From positions 9,946-73,945 of the forward strand of contig JAABPW010000228.1 of assembly GCA_011391785.1 (NCBI GenBank): a DNA stretch of 64,000 bases. The letters run 5' to 3'. Shown here one piece after another: positions 20,679-32,048 of the stretch (within the stretch, counting starts at the first letter, position 1; every line of letters begins with the position of its first letter). Both the position numbers and the translations under genes were made by a program. The notes beneath the pieces are model-generated. The model did not search any database. It saw only the letters and a list, made by a program, of their open reading frames with translations, and had not been told where the DNA came from. The stretch is from Verrucomicrobiota bacterium (GTDB lineage Bacteria; Verrucomicrobiota; Kiritimatiellia; CAIKKV01; CAITUY01).

Positions 20679-22715
20679 TTATTTCGAGGGCGTGTTCAGT
20701 TTGGCTTTGTTCACGACCGGCAACTCCATCCGTGTCGCCCATTCCGTCCAGCCTGCGTCGTACCAGCGCACGTTGGGGTACCCCAGCAGATGCTTCAGCA
20801 CGAAGAACGTCTGGCTTGCCTGGTGGCCCGTCCGGCAGTGGACTATGACCTCCGTGTTTTGGGAGGGAATGACTTGGCCATACTCCGCCGCCAGGGCCTC
20901 CCGGGACTTGAGCGTGATAACCATGTTGGATGAGGTCGCGACATCCTCCGTGTAGGGACGGTTGATGGCGCCGGGAATGTGGCCTGCCCGGGCCTCATCG
21001 GACTTTTTGCCCGTGTAGAATTCAACGGGTCGGACGTCGATGATCACGGTGCCAGGCTTGCCGACCTTCGCCGCCACAGCCCGGTAATCCACCGTGAAGT
21101 GATCGGCGGGCTGCCTTGCCGGATATTCGGAAGGGGTTACGATGGGGAGCATCGCGTTTGCCGGCCGACCGTCCTGCGCCCATTTGGCCTGGGTGCCGTT
21201 CAGAATGGCGTAGTTGGCGTGTCCCAGCCGCTCGAGCGCCATTCCGGCCAAGGTGGCATCATGAAACTTGTCGCCGGCTACCAGCACGACCGTGTCTGTT
21301 GGCCTGATACCCAGCAACGAAAATTGCGCCGCCAGCATGGGGGCAGGAAGGAGCATGGAGGGCACGCCCCCGACATTTCCGCGGAGGCTCTCCACGTTCA
21401 GGCTGACCGCTCCCGGGATATGTGATGCGTTGTACTCCGGCTGGGGTCTTAGATCGATGATCTTGATCGTGCTGGCGCCAAGCTGGGAGGCTAGCCAGTC
21501 GGTCTCGACCAATCTTGGTCCAGTCTCCGCCGGCGTCACGGTTGTCACGGGGCCGGTCTTGGCCGCCAATCCGGATGCGGCGAAGAAATTTCGCCACGCA
21601 TTCACTTGAGCCGCCTGCGAAGCACTCAGCGGTTCCAGGCGGAGGGAGACCGGCTTGAGACACCGTTCCCGAAAGCCCTGGAGACCGTCCGTCAGCAAGT
21701 ACACGTTTCCGAAACCCTGGCGCTGGAGTGAGTCCCTGGCCTGGGCGGGATGAGTCATGCCATTTGAGTAGAGCACCACCATGCCCTTGTTCTTGAAGGG
21801 CTGTAGCGCCTCGGCCAGGCCGGCAAGCGGCACGTTGATGGCGCCCCGGATGTGGAAGGCGTTGAACTCAATGGCTGGCCGGACATCGACGAGCACGAGG
21901 CCGGTCTCCCCGGCCATCAGGCGGGCGGCCAGCTCCTCGGGTTCTATATGGTCACCTGCCTTCTCGACTCCCGCCAGGAGGGCCGTCTCGTCCCTTGCCG
22001 TTGTGCCGTGGGAGCTGGTTTGTGGCGTGGGACTGTTTGTCGTTGCCGGGGACAGCACAAACAAACCGGCCGCCACGGCCACGAGTGCGACGCTGAACGC
22101 CTTAAGGAAGGGAGATCCGAGGTATTCGGAGTGGCCGGTGCGAGTTCTCTCGGCCCATTCGGCCAGCCAAAAAGCCGCCACGGCCACGAGCGTGAAGACC
22201 AGGATGAAGACGTTTCGCGACATCCCAAGCGTGTCGTACAGCATCTGGACGCCCCGGTCACCGGCGGTATAGAGGCCGCTGATCAGGGGAAAGAGCTCGT
22301 TGAACAGGATGCTGCCGCCAACGGCTCCGAGGAGGAACACAAGTGCGTCAATGCGGCCGGCGGCCATGCCGGCTGCTGCCGTGCCGGGACACCATCCGCC
22401 CATGGCGAACCCCACTCCAAACAAGAGCCCGCCCACGATTTGCGCCCCATAGATGGTCGGCATGAGAAATATCTGGTCCATGCTGATCCATCCGGCTGCG
22501 ACAAGGTAGGACAGTCCCAGCATGGCGGTGACCAGCGCCGTGAACATCACCTTCACCACGGCCATGTCGGTGAAGTAGAAGACCCCTGCCAGGCGGCGTG
22601 AACTGCTGAAGCCTGCGCGTTCAAGCGCGAAACCGAATCCGAATCCGAGCAGCAGGGCCATGAAAAAAGCCAGGGATGTTCCGAGCGCATCGAGGCTGTA
22701 AAGGGTGTTAGTCAT
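20679..22715 (-). CDS. YeeE/YedE-family sulfur-compound transporter half fused to three rhodanese domains (C-terminal domain catalytic, CRTGHQ)
   Basis: ~678 aa from MTNTLYS; N-terminal TM domain with the GGWCPG motif typical of YeeE/YedE (TsuA-like); three rhodanese folds, the last with the active-site Cys (IVHCRTGHQAS); 8-nt overlap with the upstream YeeE gene. Confidence 0.8.
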   Translation of the reverse strand: MTNTLYSLDALGTSLAFFMALLLGFGFGFALERAGFSSSRRLAGVFYFTDMAVVKVMFTALVTAMLGLSYLVAAGWISMDQIFLMPTIYGAQIVGGLLFGVGFAMGGWCPGTAAAGMAAGRIDALVFLLGAVGGSILFNELFPLISGLYTAGDRGVQMLYDTLGMSRNVFILVFTLVAVAAFWLAEWAERTRTGHSEYLGSPFLKAFSVALVAVAAGLFVLSPATTNSPTPQTSSHGTTARDETALLAGVEKAGDHIEPEELAARLMAGETGLVLVDVRPAIEFNAFHIRGAINVPLAGLAEALQPFKNKGMVVLYSNGMTHPAQARDSLQRQGFGNVYLLTDGLQGFRERCLKPVSLRLEPLSASQAAQVNAWRNFFAASGLAAKTGPVTTVTPAETGPRLVETDWLASQLGASTIKIIDLRPQPEYNASHIPGAVSLNVESLRGNVGGVPSMLLPAPMLAAQFSLLGIRPTDTVVLVAGDKFHDATLAGMALERLGHANYAILNGTQAKWAQDGRPANAMLPIVTPSEYPARQPADHFTVDYRAVAAKVGKPGTVIIDVRPVEFYTGKKSDEARAGHIPGAINRPYTEDVATSSNMVITLKSREALAAEYGQVIPSQNTEVIVHCRTGHQASQTFFVLKHLLGYPNVRWYDAGWTEWATRMELPVVNKAKLNTPSK

Positions 22716-23241
22716 GCCATTGCCTCCTGACGAACCATGCCGTCGCGTAGCCGCTGGCAAAAAGACAGAGCATGAACACCATGCTGCCGGTGAGTAGCAG
22801 CGCCCCGCCGCTCAGTGCCTGTCCGGATGTGCACCCCTGGGCCAGGCGGCTGGCGAAACCTGCGATCAAACCGCCCACCAGGGCATATCCAAGCCGCAGC
22901 ATGACAGGCGATGCGGCTCCCCGTTCCACCTGGATCCGTACGCGGTTGGCCAGCAACGCCGAGAAGAGGGCCCCGACAAACGTGCCCGCAAGCATGAACA
23001 CAAGATAGTAGTTCATCGGCTGGGTGCCCCACTTGCCGAAGTATTCGCTACCCAGTGTATGCGCCGGCGATAGACACAGTGACGTTGACGCGCCGATGCG
23101 CGCGATGCCCCCGGAGGCGCCCAGACCGGCGCCAAGGATCACGAAGGACCCAAGGAGCACAAGGCCCAGTAGCACCCCCGCGAGGTAGGGATTGGCATAA
23201 GGACGCGGACCGCTCTTGGAAGTATCGGGATTAGTGTTCAT
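22708..23241 (-). CDS. YeeE/YedE-family membrane protein (second transporter half)
   Basis: 177 aa; polytopic, with a conserved GCTSG cysteine motif. Confidence 0.8.
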   Translation of the reverse strand: MNTNPDTSKSGPRPYANPYLAGVLLGLVLLGSFVILGAGLGASGGIARIGASTSLCLSPAHTLGSEYFGKWGTQPMNYYLVFMLAGTFVGALFSALLANRVRIQVERGAASPVMLRLGYALVGGLIAGFASRLAQGCTSGQALSGGALLLTGSMVFMLCLFASGYATAWFVRRQWHD

Positions 23242-23244
23242 GGG

Positions 23245-25269
23245 TCAGCACCCCGCGCTTTTCTTTTTGGGAGGGGCCGGCGTCGATGGCGCCGATGCGG
23301 CGGGAACCGATGCCGGTGCGCCAGGCTTGATGCCCGGCCCGGGGGCAGGGGGAGGGGAGGCCGGCGGCGGAGTCATGCCGGACTCGTTCCAGTACGTCTC
23401 CAGGCCACCGAATAGCGCTTTGACCGGCCGCAACGTCTTTTGCGAGAGTATACCCCCTGCCGCCATGGCCAGGGAGCCGTCGCGATCAACAATCACCAGC
23501 GGAACCGTGCCGTTCACATAAGCCGGACTGGTGATCACCTCCGCGATATCCACATTCATCGAGCCAGGCAGGTTGAAGTCGGCGAACTGCACAGGAGGGC
23601 GGATATCCACAATCTCAAAGGTGCCCGGCAGATCCATGATCATCCGCTTGAGTTCCGCGGCGGCAAGGCGGTCGGGAAGCTTGATCGAACGGACCGGTGC
23701 CGCGGCGGTGCCGTGTCCGCTTCCACCAGCACTCAGGGTCGGCAGGCCTGCGGCGATCCATGCCTCGCTGCCGCCTTCCATGTTCCGCACATCCTTGAAT
23801 CCAAGTTTCAGGAGAACCGAGCCGCCCAGGCTCGAACGATAGGCCGAGTTGCACACGGTAAGCACAGGCATGTCCTTGGCAAGGCGCGTGCTGTCGGTGA
23901 ATAGCTTGTTGATGGGGATGTTGAGCACGTTGCCGATGCGCAACGCCATCCACTCGGCGGGCAGACGGACATCCACGATAACGGGAGCCGTGCCGGCCTG
24001 CATCTCCCGGTGAAGGGTTTGCGCCTGCACAAGCTTCAGGGTTCCGGAGGGGAGCCCCGCTTTCTTCCAGGCGTCGACAGACCCCTGCAGGAACCCGGAC
24101 GGCGCATCGTAGCCGATCCGCTTCAAACGTGACGCCGATTCGCGGACTTCCTCATCGGATCCAACGAGAACAAAGGGGTTTCCCCACGGGGTCATGATGC
24201 CGGTCCATGTTTCAAACCGTCCACGAATTCCGATGTTGATGGCCCCCTGCGGGTGTGCGGCGGCAAATGCCTTGGCATCCCGCACATCAAGGAGCCACGC
24301 GCCATTCCGGGCCAGGGTCGATGCCTCCGCGGCCGACAAGGCCGGCGGCATAACCTTGTCCCACGCCACCAGGGGGGGGCCATCGTGATTCATCTTCGCG
24401 TTGTGCTTGAAGTACTGGGGCGCCTCGGGAAGGCCGTCAATCACGGCCATGACGTACGAAGCCAGGTCCTTGTGCTGGAGATAGACGTTCTCCCGCTTCT
24501 GCTCCCCGAACGTGGACACAGGCTTGTCGCTCAAATGGGCGCCGCAGAGTGAGCCGGCGCCATGGGCGGGGAACAGTTTTGTTTCATCGGGGATCCTGGA
24601 TAATTTATTGCGCCAGGTTTGGTAGCCCATTTCGGCGAGCGCTGCCGCGCTCATGCCTTCGCCCATGAGGTCCGGGCGACCGACGCTGCCGATGAACAGG
24701 GTGTCACCGGTAAGGACAAAGTCCGGCTTTTCCGTCGAGCCAGGCGCGTAGACCAGCATGCAGGTGCCGTCGGGTGTGTGGCCGGGGGTCATGATGACCA
24801 CGCCCCGGACCTTGCCGACCCTGACTTCGTCGTTATCCTTCAGGGCCTTATGGGGATATCCGGCCTGCGTGTCCGCGTTAATGAGGATTTCGGCGCCAGT
24901 TGACTTCGCCAGCTCCATGTGTCCGGCTACGAAATCGGCATGGGAATGGGTCAGGTACACTTTCGTGATCTTCAGTCCCAGATCCCTCGCGTCGTTCAGG
25001 TATTGGCTGGTATCGCGGGCGGGATCGACGACCATCGCTTCCCCCCCGCTTCCGATCATGTAGGAGTAGTGCGAGAGAACGGCAAGGTTGTATTGGCGGA
25101 AGATGAAGTCGGGAGCTTTCTGCTCGGTCTCCTTGACGAGTTGCACGGTGGCGGCTTCGTCACCGTGCGTCGCCGCCTCCGCGTCGCCGGGCACGGCGGC
25201 TCCCCGGGCCGATGCCGAAGCCAGAACGAGCCATGCCGATAGACCTGTGATCCAGTCGCGCTTCTTCAT
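23245..25269 (-). CDS. secreted MBL-fold hydrolase (persulfide dioxygenase/glyoxalase II-like) fused to rhodanese domains, Pro-rich C-terminal tail
   Basis: 674 aa; signal peptide MKKRDWITGLSAWLVLASASA; metallo-beta-lactamase motif LTHSHADF...GHTPDG; rhodanese domains with CNSAYRS catalytic Cys; C-terminal PPPASPPPAPGPG low-complexity. Confidence 0.8.
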   Translation of the reverse strand: MKKRDWITGLSAWLVLASASARGAAVPGDAEAATHGDEAATVQLVKETEQKAPDFIFRQYNLAVLSHYSYMIGSGGEAMVVDPARDTSQYLNDARDLGLKITKVYLTHSHADFVAGHMELAKSTGAEILINADTQAGYPHKALKDNDEVRVGKVRGVVIMTPGHTPDGTCMLVYAPGSTEKPDFVLTGDTLFIGSVGRPDLMGEGMSAAALAEMGYQTWRNKLSRIPDETKLFPAHGAGSLCGAHLSDKPVSTFGEQKRENVYLQHKDLASYVMAVIDGLPEAPQYFKHNAKMNHDGPPLVAWDKVMPPALSAAEASTLARNGAWLLDVRDAKAFAAAHPQGAINIGIRGRFETWTGIMTPWGNPFVLVGSDEEVRESASRLKRIGYDAPSGFLQGSVDAWKKAGLPSGTLKLVQAQTLHREMQAGTAPVIVDVRLPAEWMALRIGNVLNIPINKLFTDSTRLAKDMPVLTVCNSAYRSSLGGSVLLKLGFKDVRNMEGGSEAWIAAGLPTLSAGGSGHGTAAAPVRSIKLPDRLAAAELKRMIMDLPGTFEIVDIRPPVQFADFNLPGSMNVDIAEVITSPAYVNGTVPLVIVDRDGSLAMAAGGILSQKTLRPVKALFGGLETYWNESGMTPPPASPPPAPGPGIKPGAPASVPAASAPSTPAPPKKKSAGC

Positions 25270-25498
25270 GTGAATTTCCTTCCGTTAGACATCGCAACGT
25301 AACGCTCATCAAGCACGAAAGATGAATACATAAAGACAGTTGCCTGTCAAGGTCAAGAGGTCGTCTTGTTTTGAAATGACAGGAGAATCCGGGGGACAAA
25401 GGTAAGGTGGAGAGGGTCAGCCTGTTTTGAATTGCGCTTGGGGGCGAGCCCGCTCGCCGCGATTTTCAGGGGGCATTTGTTCTGCAAAAAAAACAAAT

Positions 25499-25575
25499 GG
25501 CGGGGACGACGGGGCTCGAACCCGCGACCTCTGCCGTGACAGGGCAGCGCTCTAACCAATTGAGCTACGTCCCCC
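25499..25575 (-). tRNA. tRNA-Asp (anticodon GUC)
   Basis: minus-strand sequence GGGGACGTAGCTCAATTGGTTAGAGCGCTGCCCTGTCACGGCAGAGGTCGCGGGTTCGAGCCCCGTCGTCCCCGCCA; cloverleaf with 7-bp acceptor stem, anticodon loop CTGTCAC and encoded CCA. Confidence 0.9.
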
Positions 25576-25679
25576 CAAAAACAGGCGCGCATCATGTCGA
25601 AAGTTGATTGGGATTTCAACATAAAAAGGAAGAAAAGTTTTTCCGGTCACTAAAGAGTCCCTGCCGGTCCTTTGGAAAT

Positions 25680-26537
25680 TCATCGCAGAAGCAGGATTGC
25701 CGTGGCGAGGGCGAGGGCGATCCGGTAGTAGCCGAAGCAGGAAAGGGGATGGTGTTGGAGATACCGGACGAGCCACTTGACGGCCAGCGCGGCGGAGACA
25801 AATGCGGCGACCAGGCCCGCGAGCGGGGTTTGCCACCCGTAGAGGGCGAGGATGTCGCCCCCGTATTTCACCGTGTCCAGCGCGGTTGCCGCGCCCAGGG
25901 TGATCAGTCCGAGGAGAAAGCTGAATTCAACGGCGGCAACCAGGGAGAGTCCGGCAAGCAGGCCGCCCAGAATGGTCGCCAGGCTCCGGCTTACACCGGG
26001 CCACATCGCCAGGACTTGCATGGATCCGATGAGGAGCGCCAGTTTCCAGGTGATCTCCCGGATCGTCAGCCCGCTGGAGCTGTCCTTGCCGGCCACCCGG
26101 CGGTGACGCTCGACCAGCAGGATGGCAATCCCGCCGAAAAACCACGCGGCCACAACCGGCCACAAGCCCCATTGCCCTCCGCCGAACAAATTATGCTTGA
26201 TCCATTTCTCGAGGGTCAGTCCCATGATCGCGGCGGGGATAAATGCCAGGATCATGTTGGTTCCGAGTTTCAATCCCGCCGGATTGCGGCCGGTGAGCCC
26301 TTCCGCCACTTCCCGGAGCCGGCGGAAATACAAGCCGGCCACGGCAAGAATGGCACCTGCCTGGATGCAGATGGCGTAGGCCTCGGAGGCGTTGCGGGTG
26401 GATGCGGATTGGCCGATGTTCATCAGCTTCTGGGTGAGGAGCAGATGGCCCGTGGAGCTGACGGGCAAATATTCGGTGATGCCTTCCACGATTCCCAGGA
26501 TGGCTGCCTGGATCAGGGTCATTTCAGGTGCGGACAT
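25680..26537 (-). CDS. uppP: undecaprenyl-diphosphate phosphatase
   Basis: ~285 aa; BacA/UppP motifs (GIVEGITEYLPVSSTGHLLL, PGVSRS); start ambiguous (ATG 26537 or 26522). Confidence 0.88.
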   Translation of the reverse strand: MSAPEMTLIQAAILGIVEGITEYLPVSSTGHLLLTQKLMNIGQSASTRNASEAYAICIQAGAILAVAGLYFRRLREVAEGLTGRNPAGLKLGTNMILAFIPAAIMGLTLEKWIKHNLFGGGQWGLWPVVAAWFFGGIAILLVERHRRVAGKDSSSGLTIREITWKLALLIGSMQVLAMWPGVSRSLATILGGLLAGLSLVAAVEFSFLLGLITLGAATALDTVKYGGDILALYGWQTPLAGLVAAFVSAALAVKWLVRYLQHHPLSCFGYYRIALALATAILLLR

Positions 26538-26554
26538 GGAAGGCACGCTCCAGG

Positions 26555-28770
<2,216 letters not shown>

Positions 28771-28906
28771 TTAATCAATATTGAGAATTTCATTTCGGCG
28801 GGATGGGTGAAAAACCTTTCCATTTTGTCATTCTTGAGAAGATTATTAGGGTGATTTAGGGTTGGCATCGCAATTGCTATAGAACTATCCGAAGGAAAGA
28901 AACACC

Positions 28907-29632
28907 ATGGAAAAAGAATTTACAAGTCGGGGTGAGTTGAAGCAAGGCCTACTGGTAAACCTGTTGCAGGAAAAGGCGTTAAATCAGGGATTCAATGGGT
29001 TTATCGATATCTTCAGCTTTAAGCAGCGGGGGCAGATCTGGTTGCGCAAGGGCGTACCGATAGCGGCCCAGTGGCAGGACGAGGGAGGGGACGTTGCGCT
29101 TAAGTCCATGGTGAACCTCGCCCATGGTCGTTTCGAGCTGGGTGAAAGCACGGCGTTTCCTGCCAAAAATATCAACCGCAGCCTGGATGCCGTGCTGAGG
29201 GACTGCACCGTGGTTCCGGAGGTTGTGGTGGCGACTCCCCTCCGCCGCCGAAACGGAAAATGGATCAAGCGTCTGGCCGTGGCGGCTGGACTCATGGCAC
29301 TGTTCGGGGTAGGTGTTCTCCACGCTGTTGAGAGGTGGAACGTCTGGATGGCCCCGGATCCGGTGTTGAACGTTTCGCAAGTGCCTTTGGTTACCGTGTC
29401 CGTTCCCCTTCAGCCTGCGATGCAGATTCAGGACGGGTGGCCTTACTTGAGTCTTTCCGCCCTGGTGGCGTGCGGTCAGGTGCGTGCCTGTGCCATCCTG
29501 AACGGACAGATTATTGAGGCGGGCGGTGAAGTTGATGGCATTAGGGTTCGATCCATCCGCGCCAACGGCGTATTCCTCGAATATCAGGGGAAGCGACGGT
29601 TCGTGGCGATGGAAAAGAGAGTGACGATGTAA
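28907..29632 (+). CDS. hypothetical single-pass membrane protein (DUF4388-like N-terminus, GspC/PilP-like C-terminus)
   Basis: 241 aa; RBS GAAGGAAAGAAACACC-ATG; one TM (LAVAAGLMALFGVGVL); family assignment by weak motif resemblance only. Confidence 0.55.
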   Translation: MEKEFTSRGELKQGLLVNLLQEKALNQGFNGFIDIFSFKQRGQIWLRKGVPIAAQWQDEGGDVALKSMVNLAHGRFELGESTAFPAKNINRSLDAVLRDCTVVPEVVVATPLRRRNGKWIKRLAVAAGLMALFGVGVLHAVERWNVWMAPDPVLNVSQVPLVTVSVPLQPAMQIQDGWPYLSLSALVACGQVRACAILNGQIIEAGGEVDGIRVRSIRANGVFLEYQGKRRFVAMEKRVTM

Positions 29633-29638
29633 GGGATG

Positions 29639-31456
29639 TCAGATGTACAACCGGATCACGGATTCGCCGGTTTCCCAGCGTTGAAGGCGTTTAAGATCCG
29701 TGGTCAATTGCGAGGCTTGCGCCATGGTTTCGTCCCGGGTCAGTTCATCCGCAGCGGATTGCGATTGTTGTTCCAGCGCGCCCCTGCGCCGTTGAAGTTC
29801 GGCGCGCCAGAATCCGAGGATCAGGCTTTCCACGGCTTCCTTATGGGTCCCGTCGCTTCCGGTCTTGGCGGGAGCGCTCAGGACCTGTGCGGCAAAACAG
29901 GAAAGGGACCGTTCCGCATCGTCGCGCTCGGCAATCAGCTGCATGACGTCACCCCCGTTGTGCTGGCTGTCCCGCAGGGCCTCGATGAGGCGGCGGCAGA
30001 GCGGGTCAGTGATCATGGTGACGGGCAGGTATAATTCGAGCAGGGTGATGAGGCTGGGCGCCGCCCCCAGATGTTCCGTCAGGAGGACTTCATTGGAGGG
30101 GCGACTATCGGGGGGCTTGGGCGGCGTGGTGGCTTCACGCTGGGCCTGGTTTTTCAGCAGGGGACGCAGTTCGACCTGAAGGGCGGCGGCCGAGACACCC
30201 AGCCGGCGTGCGGCGGTCTGGATAAGGACATCGCGCTGGACGGCGTTGGGGCTCTGGCTGATGGTCGCCAGGACCGACTTACAGGCCTGCATCATGCCGA
30301 TTTCCGTGCGGATATCCTCCTGGGTCAGGAGCAGGTTCAGTTGGAAATCTATGGCGGGAACCGCCCGGCTCAGGGCCTCGGCAAAGGCATTGGCGCCCTG
30401 CTTGAGGATGAGCGAATCGGGGTCTTCTCCCTGGGGCAGGGAGGCGACCCTGACGGCCAATCCCGCCTGCATGAACATCACCGACGCCTTCAGGGCGGCG
30501 TTGCGACCGGCGTTGTCGGAGTCGAACACCAGCACCACGCCATCGGCGTAGCGCTTGATCATGCGCGCATGATCCTCGGTGAACGCCGTGCCCTGGGCGG
30601 CCACAGCGGTCTTGAAACCGGCCTGATGGCAGCGGATGACGTCGATCTGGCCCTCGCAGATGATGGCCTCGCGGGTCTCGACAATATCGCGGCGGGCCCG
30701 ATCTAAAGCGTAGAGGATGTGGCTTTTTCTGAACAGGGGGGTTTCCGGGCTGTTGACATACTTGGCGGTCTTGGCATCCTGCAGCAGGGTGCGTCCGCTG
30801 AAGCCGACGATCCGGCCCTGCTCGTTGCGGATCGGAAACATCACCCGGCCGCGGAACCGGTCGTAGTAGGGGTGGCTTCCGCCATCCTCCTCCCGTTTAC
30901 CGACGAGGCCGGCGAGTTCAAGCTTGGCCAGGGGGTAGTTCTTCTGGCGGGCCCAGTCGATGATGAAATCCCGTTTTTCCGGCGCATAACCGATCATGAA
31001 GTCCACGGCGACTTCCGAGTTGATCTGGCGTTTTTTGAGGTATTCCCGGGCGGGTTGGGCATCGGGGGACTGGAGCAGGCACTTGTGGTAGAAGGCCGAG
31101 GCCTCCTCGTTGATCGTCAGGAGGACCGCCTTGTCCTCTGAAGGGCCCGCGCCCTTCTCGTATTGAAGCGTGACGCCCGCCTTCTCGGCGAGAATCTGGA
31201 TGGCGCCCGGAAAATCGGTGTGCTCGTAAAGCATCACGAACTTGAAGACATCCCCGCCTGCACCGCAGCCGAAGCAGTGGAACATCTGGCGCTGACGGTT
31301 GACGGAAAACGACGGGGACTTCTCCTTGTGGAAAGGGCAGAGGGTCTTGATCACGGTTCCCTTGCGCGGCAACGTGATGTAGGAGTCGATCACATCAACG
31401 ATGTCGCACCTGAACCGGATATCATCCAGCACGGACTTGGAAATCATTCCCGCCAT
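29639..31456 (-). CDS. dnaG: DNA primase
   Basis: ~605 aa from MAGMISKSV; zinc ribbon CPFHKEKSPSFSV...CFGCGAGGD, TOPRIM domain; TAATG overlap with the cvpA stop. Confidence 0.9.
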   Translation of the reverse strand: MAGMISKSVLDDIRFRCDIVDVIDSYITLPRKGTVIKTLCPFHKEKSPSFSVNRQRQMFHCFGCGAGGDVFKFVMLYEHTDFPGAIQILAEKAGVTLQYEKGAGPSEDKAVLLTINEEASAFYHKCLLQSPDAQPAREYLKKRQINSEVAVDFMIGYAPEKRDFIIDWARQKNYPLAKLELAGLVGKREEDGGSHPYYDRFRGRVMFPIRNEQGRIVGFSGRTLLQDAKTAKYVNSPETPLFRKSHILYALDRARRDIVETREAIICEGQIDVIRCHQAGFKTAVAAQGTAFTEDHARMIKRYADGVVLVFDSDNAGRNAALKASVMFMQAGLAVRVASLPQGEDPDSLILKQGANAFAEALSRAVPAIDFQLNLLLTQEDIRTEIGMMQACKSVLATISQSPNAVQRDVLIQTAARRLGVSAAALQVELRPLLKNQAQREATTPPKPPDSRPSNEVLLTEHLGAAPSLITLLELYLPVTMITDPLCRRLIEALRDSQHNGGDVMQLIAERDDAERSLSCFAAQVLSAPAKTGSDGTHKEAVESLILGFWRAELQRRRGALEQQSQSAADELTRDETMAQASQLTTDLKRLQRWETGESVIRLYI

Positions 31457-32022
31457 TACTCTTCCCACTTTTCACGGCGTCCGGCGCGGTCTATCCGTGC
31501 TTTCTCGATGACATTCTCGCCCCGCTCGACCCGGTTTCTGATGGATTGCACGAGTTGGGTTTGCGTGCCCACCACTTCCCTCATGATCCAGGATTGCTGG
31601 CCGATCATGGCGGGCTGGCGCTCCGCCGGCAGGCATTCAATAAGCAGGAAGACCAGGATGATGATGCCCGCCGCGGTCAATCCGCCGGCAATGGCGCCGC
31701 CGATCCGGTCCACCCAGGTGGTGAAGGTGATCTTCAGGACAAACCGCAGGAACGTGTAGAGCAGGGTTACCGTCAGGATGGGGACGGCGGTCAGGATGAT
31801 CATTGAGACGATACGGGCGGTGTCGGCCGACAGGGCAAAGCGTGCGGCTAGCCAGGACTGGCAGGGCTCGAGGCCATTGACCAGTGCCGCCCACACGGAG
31901 AGCGCCATCAGCAGGAGTGCCATTTGTGCGGAGAGGCCGTGTTTGAAGCCAACACCCATGCTGATGAGGATAATGATCAGCGCGACGATGTCGGCACTGT
32001 TGAAACCTGTTAGTTCGGTCAT
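31456..32022 (-). CDS. cvpA: CvpA-family membrane protein (colicin V production protein-like)
   Basis: 188 aa; four TM helices and a CvpA-like N-terminus (DIVALIIILISMGVGFKHG). Confidence 0.7.
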   Translation of the reverse strand: MTELTGFNSADIVALIIILISMGVGFKHGLSAQMALLLMALSVWAALVNGLEPCQSWLAARFALSADTARIVSMIILTAVPILTVTLLYTFLRFVLKITFTTWVDRIGGAIAGGLTAAGIIILVFLLIECLPAERQPAMIGQQSWIMREVVGTQTQLVQSIRNRVERGENVIEKARIDRAGRREKWEE

Positions 32023-32048
32023 GATGACACCTTCCCTTTCTGGTTTCC

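Noticed and set aside
25444-25459. Hairpin GGCGAG-cccg-CTCGCC next to tRNA-Asp as a terminator
   Set aside because: The U-tract (TTGTTTTTTTT) sits directly after the tRNA 3' end and before the hairpin on the transcribed strand, so the hairpin/U-tract geometry does not fit a canonical intrinsic terminator. It may still be structured spacer.
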